DNA of 64,000 nt from Macrostomum lignano (lineage: Eukaryota): contig NIVC01000012.1 in the NCBI GenBank assembly GCA_002269645.1, forward strand, positions 930,001-994,000, given 5' to 3'. The notes below the pieces were generated by a model, which saw only the letters and a program-made list of their open reading frames with translations, ran no database searches and was not told the origin of the DNA. Both the position numbers and the translations under genes were made by a program. Below, piece after piece: positions 11,346-21,650 of this stretch. Every line of letters begins with the position of its first letter. Positions within the stretch are counted from its first letter, which is position 1.

Positions 11346-12034
11346 AATAAATTTTCAGAAATGGTTCTGATTCCTAAGGCAGAGTATGAGATGTTGATGC
11401 AGAATTTTAAGCCGAATGAGAATAGCACTGAAGCTGACTTGAAGCAGGCTCAGAAGAATGCGATGATATCTTGTATGCCGAGGACTGCCCAGAAGATGTG
11501 AAAACCTCCATATATCAAAGTGCAATGCAAAGTTTGCTGGCCAAGCGCAAGCACGCTGGAAAAGAAGGAGCACGCAATACTGAAGCCAAGTTGATGAAAA
11601 CAGAGACACCACAGATGAGCACATGGGAAGAGAAGATCAGCAAGTCGGTGCCACAGAATTTCAAAACCAGGACTCGTAGTCTATGGACGATCCTGTCCAC
11701 CAATCCAGAGCTGATTCGAGTTTGTGAAAACAGGGAGGTGGAAATCACAGGCACTTCAATCCCTTCCTCAAACATACTGGACTTGATTTAGCATGCAGTG
11801 AGGGATTCGCCATGTGAGCGTGAACCAGTTGGCTGGAACGACTTAATAGATTTGCTGCAGCAGAAAAAGCTTAATGTTCCGCTTTTAGCTGTTGGTAAAT
11901 CAGTTAAAAAGAAAATGGCAAACAACAGAGGGGGTAAACTGGAGAAAGAACAGGCGAGTCTAGTCAAGGGGTACGGGAGCAACACAGCCTGGCTGAAACT
12001 GCCTGGAAGAAAAGTATATAAGAAGGCGGACTGA
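11344..12034 (+). pseudogene. Conserved Maverick hypothetical protein
   Basis: MNKFSEMVLIPKAEY..KTSIYQSAMQ..SVPQNFKTRTRSLW..IPSSNILDLI*..EPVGWNDLIDLL..LNVP; a motif set typical of a conserved Polinton ORF. Stop at 11789. Confidence 0.65.
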
Positions 12035-12062
12035 CTCTGATATTTCGAGGGAAAGCTGCATC

Positions 12063-12790
12063 ATGAACTACATTGACTTCCAAGGATTCCCGTGCAACAG
12101 CACAAGTAAAAAATTTGTTCTGAAAGAGCTGGCAGTTGTTCAGGTCAGAGCAGGAAGCTACCGTATTGCTTACCATGTGTACGCACCTCCGTATCCATGG
12201 GAGAGAGTCTCTCCTGACATGCGAGTTTTCTACAGACAGCTATCAAAGAATCTTTGTATATATTGTAAGACCGTGGGTTGAATTGCAGTGAATAACAAAA
12301 CATGAGGAGACCTCACTGGCTCACGCCAAAATATTTAATGCCAAAGTTGAGGTGGGTGTAACCACCCTAAGCACGCACACGCTGCAGCGCTAAACCCCAA
12401 CCCCCAAACCAGCCAGACGTGCACAGACGTGCATGAGTAGCACAGACAAAAAGAGATCTAGCTAGACTGCGCGGACGTAAAGGCGCAAAGGACGCAAAGA
12501 ATCTGCACCAGTTTAAGTGGGATGATGGAACCCGTCCGTACATGGAACTGGCGGAAGACATTCTGAGCATTGCCAGTAGTCCGATATGGACAAATGGGGA
12601 AAGGAAGTCGATTTTCCTGACTGAGCTGCTTGGTAGAAAGGTTTATAACCTAGAAGATTTGGGAGCACCCTCGATTGAAGATTCAGATACTGGCTGTGCA
12701 GTGAGAAATTCATTGCTGCACTACAGTTGGCTTAAGCCAAAGTTCTGCATGAACTTAAGAAGCGAGCAGTGTCCGTGGCACAGGGGCAGT
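12063..12790 (+). pseudogene. DEDD/DnaQ-like exonuclease of the Polinton-associated type, split by an insertion
   Basis: YIDFQGF..FVLKELA..HVYAPPYPW. Removing the insert restores QLSKNLHQFKWDDGTRPY..IWTNGERKSIFLTELLGRKVYNLEDLGAP. Confidence 0.75.
12254..12494 (-). mobile_element. 241-bp retroposed insert (SINE or 5'-truncated LINE end) with 10-bp TSD CAAAGAATCT
   Basis: TSD at 12244-12253 and 12495-12504; A-rich 3' end (tacaatatatacaa) on the minus strand; excision restores the exonuclease frame. Confidence 0.85.
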
Positions 12791-12830
12791 GAATTTGGCA
12801 GAAGGTTTGGTGAAGAAGTCAAGGATCGAA

Positions 12831-13093
12831 ATGAGTCCACCTGCAGCTACAGCCCTAAGAGTGACCAATCTGGTTGGCGGAGTAGATCTGAGACTGTATG
12901 GTGGCAGGGGCGCCCTGCTGCCTCTACGGGAACTGGCTCTCAGCATGGCTCATGTGATCTACCGGCCCGTCTGGCCCCGGGTGCTCATCAAGCGGATGCG
13001 GAGTCCCAGAGTGACTCTGCTACTCTACCCTACTGGACAACTGAGCATCTGTGGCGCTAAGACCCACACACACGCCAAAAGGGCGCCAAAAGG
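12831..13093 (+). pseudogene. TATA-binding protein (TBP)-like, first repeat only, truncated by a LINE
   Basis: LRVTNLVGGVDL..LPLRELALSMAHVIYRPVWPRVLIKRMRSPRVTLLLYPTGQLSICGAKTHTHAKRA aligns by eye to TBP repeat 1 ([58 protein letters not shown]). Confidence 0.85.
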
Positions 13094-16000
13094 TGCACCG
13101 GTAACATCGCGGCCATTGCCAGCGCCAGCTGGACCACCCTTGGCGACATCGGCAGCGACCACCTTCCGATCCTGTTCAGCATTGACCGCCCGGGCCCCAG
13201 CGAGTGTCGACGAGGCGCCGCAAAGTGGAGCTACAAGAAGGCCGACTGGGCCCAGTTCCAAGAACACCTGACCGTGGCCGACAAGCGTCTCAAACTCAGC
13301 AACCGGTTTACCTGCGACGCCGACCACGACCGCCTCTGCAGGGCCATCCTGGAAGCCGCCTCGGCGAACATCCCCCGTGGCGCTCGGAACCGGCCTTGCA
13401 AGCCGTTCTGGACGGACGCCTGCCAACACGCCTGCGACGAACGCAACCGTGCGCGACGCAACGCTGAGCAGAGCAAATCCGAGCACGACATCAACGCCTT
13501 CCACCGCGCCCGCAAGACCGCGGCCGACACCATCAACTTCGCCAAACAACAGCACTGGCAACAAAAGATCGGCGAACTCAACCTCAACAGCGACCTCCTT
13601 GCCCTCGCCCGCTCGCTTCGAAGAGAGCCGCCGCCTCCCCCCGCCAACGCGGCCCTGAGCACCCCTGCCAAACCTGGATCCCGCCAGCGAACGGCTACCA
13701 CCCCGAGCGAAAAGGCCTATCTCTTCTGCAGCCTCTACGCCGAAGTTTCTCGCAATCACCGACGCAAGGAGGACCGCTCCATTGCCCGGCTCGCCCACAA
13801 GGCGATGAAACAGATCTGCTGCTCTGGCAATCAGAAATCCGGCCTTTGCAGCCCGTTCAGCGGCAGCGAACTGCAGAGTGCACTGCGCGCGCTCAAATCT
13901 GGGAAAAGCCCCGGCGCAGATGGTGTCAGCAACGAGATGCTGAAACACCTCCCGCCGTGCACTGAAAGCCGCCTCCTCGACCTCATCAACAAGTCGTGGC
14001 TCTCCGGTTGCTGCCCGCACCAGTGGAAACGGCCATAATCATCCCAATCCCCAAGCGCGGCAAACCGGCTTCTGACCCGAGCAGCTACAAGCTCATCGCT
14101 CTCACCAGCTGCATCGCCAAGGTCGCCGAAAGACTTGTCCAGAAGCGCCTCAGGCACCACCTTGAACAGCACGGCTGCCTCAGCAACGTCCAGGCCGGTT
14201 TCCGCAGCGGTCGGTCGTGTGAAGAACAGATTGCGCGCATCACGCAGGACATTTTCGACGGCCTTGAAGAGCTTCCACCCCAGCGCAGCGCCCTGGGGGT
14301 CTACGACATGTCCCGTGCCTATGACAAGGTCTGGAGGAAGGGTAACATCTACAAGCTCAGCCTGAAATGCATTACACCCTGCGCACTCCGCTGGACGAAC
14401 AGCTTCATCAGCGACCGCCGAGCCCGCGTCCGTGTCAACAACTGCCTATCTCGCGAGCGCATTTTCAAAGAGGGCTTGCCACAAGGCTCTGTCCTGGCTC
14501 CCCTCCTCTGGCTGGTCTACATTGACGACCTGGCAAGCGACATCCTCCAAGCCTCACCGCGAGCCAAAGTCAGCCTCTACGCCGACGACAGCGCCATCCT
14601 CCCCACGGCGCCCAGTCTGAAGGACTGCGAAGCCATCCTCCAGCCTGCGAACGAGGCTCTGGCCACCTGGTGCGAGAACTGGCACATGGAACTCAGTACC
14701 AGCAAATGCAGCTACACCACCTTCTCCCTGAGCCCAAACGAGACGCGAGGGAAGATTCCGCTCCAACTGACCCTAAAAGGCGAACCTCTGCAATTCGACC
14801 CTAACCCGACCTTCCTCGGCATCAAACTAGATGACCAGCTCACCTTCACCAAGCACGCAAAAGAAGTCTGTAGACGCATGGCGGCCCGCCGTCGCCCCCT
14901 CCAAGCGATCGCCCACCGGTTAAGTGGCGCCACGCAGGACATCCTCCGCACGGTGTACACCGCCACCATCCGCGCAATCGCCGACTATGGCAGCGGCATC
15001 TGGATGTGCGGATCAGCACCCAGCACCCGTCTAGCGGTTGGACGCCAACAAAATGCCTGCGCCCGCCTCATCACTGGATGTATCCGCCCCACCGATGCCA
15101 AGGAGCTGCTGTCTACCGCCGGACTCCCACCTATCAGCCACGTCGCTGTCGAACGCGCGTGTAATCTCCGAGAACGCCTCCTGCGCCTCCCGGAGGGCAC
15201 CCCGGCTCGCGAAACTGCCGAACGTGTCACCCGACCGCGCCTCAAGAACCGCAGTTACGAAGCCCTGCAGCGCCAAACCCGAAACAGCCCGGGCGCCACG
15301 CCCGCCGTCAACCAACCTGGCTGCCAGAAAGACGCCCTCCGCCCGCACCGTGGCTGCTGGCGCCGCGCCGCCCTCGAGCTTGAGTGCGCCGCCGCCCTGG
15401 ACCAGTTCCCACGCGCCCCGCCGCCTCTCGGCGCGAGCCCTGGAGAACCACCGGCGCCAGCGACATCATCTTCGACCTCCGAGCCAGCCTCCGGACCCAC
15501 CGCGACATGCCGCCAGACATCAGAGCCCACCACGCGACCGACATCATCGCGACTCTCTGCGAGTCCAACACGGTCTGGACCGACGGTTCCGTGACGGAAG
15601 GCTTCAAGAACGGTGGCGGGGCCGCCGTCATTGTGCGCGACGAGAACAACAACGTCGAACTTCGGGCCGCCGCAGGCGCCCTCTGCAGCAGTTACACCGC
15701 CGAACTCGTTGCCATCCAGGAGGCGCTCAAATACCTGCAAGCCGACCGCGCCGCCGAGCCCCACTGGATCGCCACCGACAGCCTCAGCGCCCTCACCGCC
15801 CTGCTCGCCGGTCCCATCGACCAGACCGATCCGACCGCAGCAGCGTGCTGGGACTCGATCATGAGCCTGAAAGCCGACGGTCGCCCCCCCCTCCTTTGCC
15901 TGGGTCCCCGCACATTGCGGAATCGCCGGCAACGAGGCGGCGGATCAGGCGGCTTCCCGAGCCGCCCAGCTAGAGCAACGTCACGTCGAGCTTCCACTCA

Positions 16001-16400
16001 GCGCCACCAAAGCCGCCGCCCGGCGCAGCCGCGGGTCCCTCGATCTTGCGGTCGTGTGCGCCTTCAAGCAGCCACCCGCCACCATGACCCGGCAGCGCCA
16101 AGTCCTCCTCAATCAGCTGCGAGCCGGAGCCAGCACCATCAACAACAGCTCGCTCCATCAGATGGGCCTCACCGAGACAGCCAACTGCCCTGACTGCGGC
16201 GAACTCGACACGGTCAGGCACATCCTGCTCGCCTGTCCTCGCGGTGACCGGTACCGCGCCCTGCACGGCATCCGCGCGGCCGAGGACTTGTTGGAGTCCC
16301 CGATCGCCCTTTTCGGCCTCCTGCGTAGCATGGGGCGCATGCCCCCGTCCATTTCGGCTAACCCCGACCCGGACGAGCCCTGAAGAAGAAGAAGAAGAAG
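13094..16400 (+). mobile_element. 5'-truncated I-group (Ingi/Nimb-like) LINE: APE end, RT, RNase H, Cys/His knuckle, (GAA)n tail
   Basis: GSDHLPILF and WSYKKADW (APE end); KSPGADG, QAGFR, LPQGSVLAP, YADD, FLGI (RT); WTDGS..AELVAI..TDS..WVPAHCGIAGNEAAD (RNase H); CPDCGELDTVRHILLAC; stop at 16383 then (GAA)6. Frameshifts near 14035, 15450 and 15905. Confidence 0.95.
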
Positions 16401-16896
16401 CATCTTCCAAGTCATCCGTCTTCACTACCGGCTTGGTCTCTTCCGCGTCTTCATTTTCGATGTTGTCGGAGGAAGATCCCGACTCCAGCTCGTATACATC
16501 AGACATCTCACGTGGAGCCGATAGCTGCTCATCGATCCAATCCGCGTACTGCCACAGCTTTAGCCACAGCGGCGGTGTCAGCGGCACGGTGTTCCGCTTA
16601 AGAAACTCGTCGCAGCAATCATCCGGCAGTCGCTTCAGCCAGATAATGCCGTTCTTCACCTCGATTAACTTATCGAAGCCGAGTTTGACAACCTTTGGCT
16701 GATTGTCCAAGGCCGCCTTGACAAGCGATCGCTTCAACTCCTTGGGTTTCTCCCACTGACAGATGTTCAAATTGAAGCCGGGGACTCTAGGTTTCAAACT
16801 CGCGGTGCTGCCATGTCGGTAAAATTTTCTGATAGCAATGAACTTAACTCCTTCATACTCCTGTATTTGGAGTTTATATCCTTCGCCGATGTCCAT
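16401..16896 (-). pseudogene. PC4/Sub1 (p15)-domain protein, probably two PC4-like units, C-terminus cut by the LINE tail
   Basis: MDIGEGYKLQIQEYEGVKFIAIRKFY..PRVPGFNLNICQWEK, then KLGFDKLIEV..VPLTPPLWLKL..IDEQL, then an acidic tail. The ORF-track extension into 15970-16400 is antisense LINE sequence. Confidence 0.85.
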
Positions 16897-16967
16897 GACT
16901 AACTTAAACAGAATGAACTATCTCGTTGAAAAAAATCGATTTTTCATGACTCAATAACATTTTTTGG

Positions 16968-16980
16968 CCCTTATATAGCC
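16968..16980 (-). promoter_or_regulatory. TATA box TATATAAGG upstream of the PC4-like gene
   Basis: ggcTATATAAGGgcc about 75 nt upstream of the ATG; the same 9-mer lies about 50 nt upstream of the ATG at 3522. Confidence 0.55.
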
Positions 16981-17144
16981 TTAACCATTGCAGCTAACAT
17001 ACAGCAATAGAAAAACATAGGCCTATGTACTCTCACTGGAGGTCTCACGGAATTTCCATGGCCTGCCTGCGGCAGAGTCGCTCAATGGATTTACATAGGC
17101 CCGTATGTTCACTGACTAGGATCCATGGCTTTTCCACGGAAATT

Positions 17145-17479
17145 AGTAGTAGGCAAAAGTACGCTTCTAGACCCAGAGCACCTATTAAACACAGCATTTG
17201 GGCGTCTAGAGGGGGCGGTCAAGTTAATAACACAAACACATTTTGATGATTTTGTGGATTGGGATGTTGGTGTTGTTGGGTGTTTTTTATACCTCCATTT
17301 CGCCGAAATTGAAAAAGGTGGGAGGGGTAAAATGGCCTATTTGAGTGGATATTGGGTGTGATAAGTGCTTTTAGTGCTTTTTGGTGTTTTTTTATTTTCC
17401 CCCGACCGCCCCCTCTAGACGCCTAAATGCTGTTTTTAATACGTGCTCTGGGTCTAGAAGCGTACTTTTGCCTACTACT
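17145..17479. mobile_element. 335-bp non-autonomous mini-Polinton (MITE-like) with 76-bp TIRs and 6-bp TSD
   Basis: Begins AGTAGTAGGCAAAAG and ends CTTTTGCCTACTACT; TIRs 17145-17220 and 17404-17479 with 3 mismatches; GAAATT at 17139-17144 and 17480-17485. Confidence 0.85.
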
Positions 17480-18179
17480 GAAATTCCTGCGGCAGAGTTC
17501 TGTTATCCCATACTACTAAAAGGATTGAAGTAAAGATTTGAGTAGAAACTACCATTGGCGATTCACTAAAATGAAATTAAAATCTAAGACAGGCACCAAA
17601 TTTCAATCACTGATGAAAAAACATTCCTTAAAGTGTCTTCAAGTATGTATGATTGTTTCTCTGGGCATTTTTAGTACAAAATCACTTCCCAGAAGCGCTA
17701 TGTAAATCGTAAAATCAATAGAAGGCAATAAGCTGTATAAAGCCTGAAAAATACAATCTTTAATTAATCTGAACCTATTAATGTTTATTAAGAAAGTTGG
17801 ATCACTCGGATGAAGGAACGAGGTCACTACCCAGTGTAAAAATCGGCATCGAACGGTAACCGATTTTTAGGTGCCCCTACGTACACCTTATGTCCGAGCC
17901 AAACTGTATCCGTTGGATGCCGATGTCGGACCCAAACGGACACGAATCGGAGGGTAAAAAGTGAGGAAAAATTATTTTAACACTACTATAAGTAGGCAAA
18001 TAAAAATATTAAAAAACTCCTTGCAAAGTCATGAAATGGAAAAACTTATTTTACGTATTTAAATTGCCACTTTTAATTTTTATTCAAAAATCATATAGAT
18101 GAAGTTCTACGTCTGATATGCATGCTGTTCTACAGTAGTTAAAAAGCAATAAAACACAAATACAAGTCAATTAGTCAAA

Positions 18180-20133
18180 TCTCCATGCAAATTTATAGCA
18201 GTGTGCTGAAGATACGAGCGTAAGGTTTCAATCGCTGTCGCTGTCGATAGTACGCTTCCGCGATCCCGCAGCAGCCGCAGATGCACTTGCAGAAACTGAA
18301 ACTGTGTGGCGTCGGCGCTGTTGAGCAGCCTCTCGGTCCGCCGCTCGTCGAAGAATCGACGCGACTTCTTTCTCAACAGCCTCGTCCTGAGGTTTCCCTC
18401 TGTCGCCTTCATACAGAAACGTGCAGGCCTCTGCATAAATTTTGAGACAGTGCATGAATAATTGATTTTGGCTTTAGATTTGTAACTTGGGTGTCACTTA
18501 ATGGTGTGGTGGCTGTAACCCTCAAAAGGGCCGTTTTGACGAGAATTACTTGTCACGCTAAGTCGTCGTAGTCCCAAATTAATTGTGAAGTCAAATTCTT
18601 GCGGAGCGGATTGTGTAGCGGAGCACTTGGCGTATAAAGGCAGAGGACTGCCGTAAGCTGGTTTATTGTCGTTATTAATATGGTTAATGTCAATACAAAG
18701 CTTATAGCGTTCTGGGGCACTGGCGGCTGCAACAACGGGTTGATGTAATTGAAATTATGAAGTCAAGTAGTTGACGAAGGATGCAGTGGCAACGCAACGT
18801 AGTAAGTGATGGTGGTGAGCACAGTGATGGCAGTGAGTAGCAAGTAGACAAGCAGACAAGTAGTGGCGGGATTGGGCGTTAGCCCATTGCAGTACAAGGT
18901 GGAGCAAGAATGTGTAAACAAGTCTGGCCCAGACAGGGTGGGGTCGTGGCGAGAAATAAGCAGAAACGAACGAAGGCACGAAGGAAAGAGAGCGGAGCGA
19001 GCGAGGGAAAGAGAGCGAGAGAAAGAGAGTGAAAACCCCCAGCCCGCCGCCAGGCGGGGTTAATAAAGGAGCGCAGGAAGGTTAGCATAATATATGCGGA
19101 GAGTTATCATTGGCTGGCGGGGAAAAAGCGAGAACTGAAATTATTGATCGCGCGAGACCCTACAGACGTACGCAAAGATTACAATGTACGCAATGATTAG
19201 CAATTGATACAGATTCGTTGGGCGCTACTACAAGTAAACGTGAGAATACACGATTGGAGAATATTAAATGATAAATTGCAGTGAAATTGTAGTCCAACAA
19301 TGGCACTTTTGCGGGACCACCTTGAACTGGCCTCGTCCTGAGGTTTCCTTCCGTCGCCTTCATACAGAAGCGTGCAGGCATCTGCATAAAATTTAAGACA
19401 GTGCATGAATAATTGATTTTGGCTTTAGATTTGTAACTTGGGATTTAATTATACGAGCTAATGATAATAAGCTAATTATGAATATTGTTAAAAACTTCAG
19501 CAAAATGTAATTGAGAATTCTATAAAAGCTTAGAAAGCGCCAAAACTGAGAAAAATATTTATTTATGCTTGCCATTGATATCCTGGAAGCTTGCTAACAA
19601 TCCAACTATACTAAAATAATACTTCTAAATATATCATAACGCCGCAAGGGATACTACTTTCTAAAAAGTAGGATATATAGTAATTTAGCAAAACTAGCAA
19701 GTCTAAATTTTTGATAGAAAAATTCGTACCTTACGAACTTCACATAAACTTACTGCAGGGAAGCGGTTCCGTATGCCCGCATTGACCTGAATTACGGACT
19801 TTAAAAGGCTTTGCAGACTGTTTTCTTCTCAGATAAAAAACTTCGCAGCTTTCGAACAGTTGGATCCGTGTCGCTCAACGGGTTTAGTACCACCTGTAGC
19901 ACCACGCAGTCGTGCCACTCTCCGTCATATTCTGCTCTTCCCTAGATCAGTGTAGCAAAATACTTGTCCTGCTCACTTATTTCCAACCAGTGTTCTTTTT
20001 TAAATTCTTGAAAGTCCTCTAATGTAATATTTTCGGGCAAAACTTCCAATATTTCTTGATCTTTAGAAAAAAGCACAATGAAGCGAACATTTGCTTCTTC
20101 GTCCATTTTCGATTCCTTTTGAAAATAGTACAC
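18180..20133 (-). pseudogene. Fragments of an EnSpm-associated accessory gene (DUF4806-like)
   Basis: N-terminal VRFIVLFSKDQEILEVLPEN..W at about 20100; C-terminal EAVEKEVASILRRAADREAAQQRRR at 18228-18455; partial duplicate of that exon at 19328-19450. Confidence 0.5.
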
Positions 20134-20327
20134 TCGTATGCTAACTGGCTAAGTTCAGACAGTCTGCTATATGACAATAGAGAACCCGTTTCCAGACGCT
20201 AAAATAATTTCTGAAATTAGCTAATACTCGTAGTTAAGATTTTAAAGCTGCCTATTTTATAATAATTGTTAATGCCAGATAATCTATTCAGTGATTTTAA
20301 TTAGCAGCTGTAGAAAACTTAGCAATT

Positions 20328-21650
20328 ATGCCGAAAAAAAGAAAACGAACCGCAGTCGATTCAAATTCTTCCCGCGAATCTCGAAACTGGCTTGCAGCAA
20401 GTTTACTTGACGCCCAGCTTGCTGGTGACGCCCTCGGCGCCGGCCAGCCTCACCAGCATCCGCCAACCGAATTCGAGAAAGATTCTTTAGAATCAAGCAA
20501 AAATGATCATTCCCCAGGAGACATATCCGTCGAGCAGCCTTCGTGCATCCGGCTGCAATTTAATTATTTCGGTGACGAATCCTATATACTAAAAATCTGC
20601 ATCTGAAAGTGAAGACGACTTTGACGTTGAAGACGAATCAGAATGTGACGCAAGTGAATGTGCTCCAGCAAAGCCTAGTATGAAATAATTAGATGAGGAA
20701 CTGCTGGTGCTGTTCTTAACTTACGGTATATCACATAGAGCCATGAAGTTTCTTCTCAATGCATTATCTAGTCGCGTATTACCGGTGGCAAAGTCGCCCT
20801 ATTTTCTGACGCACTCAACAAAATGCAAAAAGAAGGTTCAGAGTACGCCATGGGCACTGGTCACTTCGCCTACATTGGAATATCTTCAAACATTGCCTAT
20901 CTTATACAGAAAGGATTGCTAAATTTGGATTCTGCTAACAGGGTTCTACTTGCGGATGGTGGGCAAGGCTACAACTTAAATCTCAAAATTGGAATCGACG
21001 GCATGCCCATCTATAACTCGTCTAATTATTCAGCTTGGCCAATATTGGTTACTGTCTCAGGATTTTCGCGTCCACTTCTAGTCGCAGCTTATGCCGGGCT
21101 TGTATTAATCGCTTTGTAATCGAAGCTCACTCTTTGTATGGCGACTCAGTTAGGAGCCACAACACGCATGTCCTTTTGCATCTTCCTTCTTTCGTTCAGC
21201 TGTATGGCAATCTTTGCAATTTTTCCGCTTTTCCTTTCGAAAATTACCTGTCTCATCTGAAAAGGCGCCGGAAAGTGACACGTTTTGAATCATCGCATCT
21301 GCTGAATGAAATTTACAATCTACGCGATCTGCTAACTAAAAATCCCGTGTCGTGTCTTAGGTATAGCAGCAAACCGCCGGATAACTGTTGCATTGTTGAC
21401 GGAAAGGTACTGCGAATTACGAGAGTAGAAGGTTTCACTGTCACGGGTAATGTAATGTCCCTGCAAGACAATCTATATACATATCCGTATCCCTCATCCC
21501 TTCTTGGAATCGGTTTTTTTCGAAACGCGAAACTCAGTCAGCGGTTTACCAATGAAAAAATGTTTTCTACTGCCTCGGAAGTCTGCTAAATGTGGTCTTA
21601 TCATTCCTCTGACTGGCACAGACTCTTCTAAAAATTGATGATTTACGATG
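20328..21650 (+). mobile_element. EnSpm/CACTA-like transposase remnant with internal deletion
   Basis: ISHRAMKFLLNAL..HFAYIGI..LKIGIDGMPIYNSSNYSAWPIL..PLLVAAYAG joins directly to LYGDSVRSHNTHVLLHL..YGNLCNFSAFPFENYLSHLK; the catalytic middle region is missing at about 21100. Confidence 0.85.

Larger units (their letters stand above)
8280..17517 (+). mobile_element. Decayed Polinton/Maverick-like endogenous virus; the cluster at 2802-5240 may belong to it
   Basis: Collinear MCP-protease-ATPase-PW-like-conserved ORF run, intronless and tightly packed. Possible right terminus ..catACTACT at 17517. Left end, PolB and integrase not seen. Confidence 0.9.

Noticed and set aside
12759-12830. Exonuclease-TBP fusion (the TBP frame is open upstream to 12759)
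   Set aside because: It needs an assumed frameshift, and a separate ATG at 12831 explains the TBP-like ORF; unresolved without other copies.
13025-16415. Long minus-strand and alternative-frame ORFs over the LINE (e.g. 13025-14020, 15038-15973)
   Set aside because: Shadow ORFs of GC-rich LINE coding sequence.
18860-19130. E2F-like GGCGGG motifs as a captured promoter
   Set aside because: Short motifs with no linked gene; cannot be distinguished from chance.
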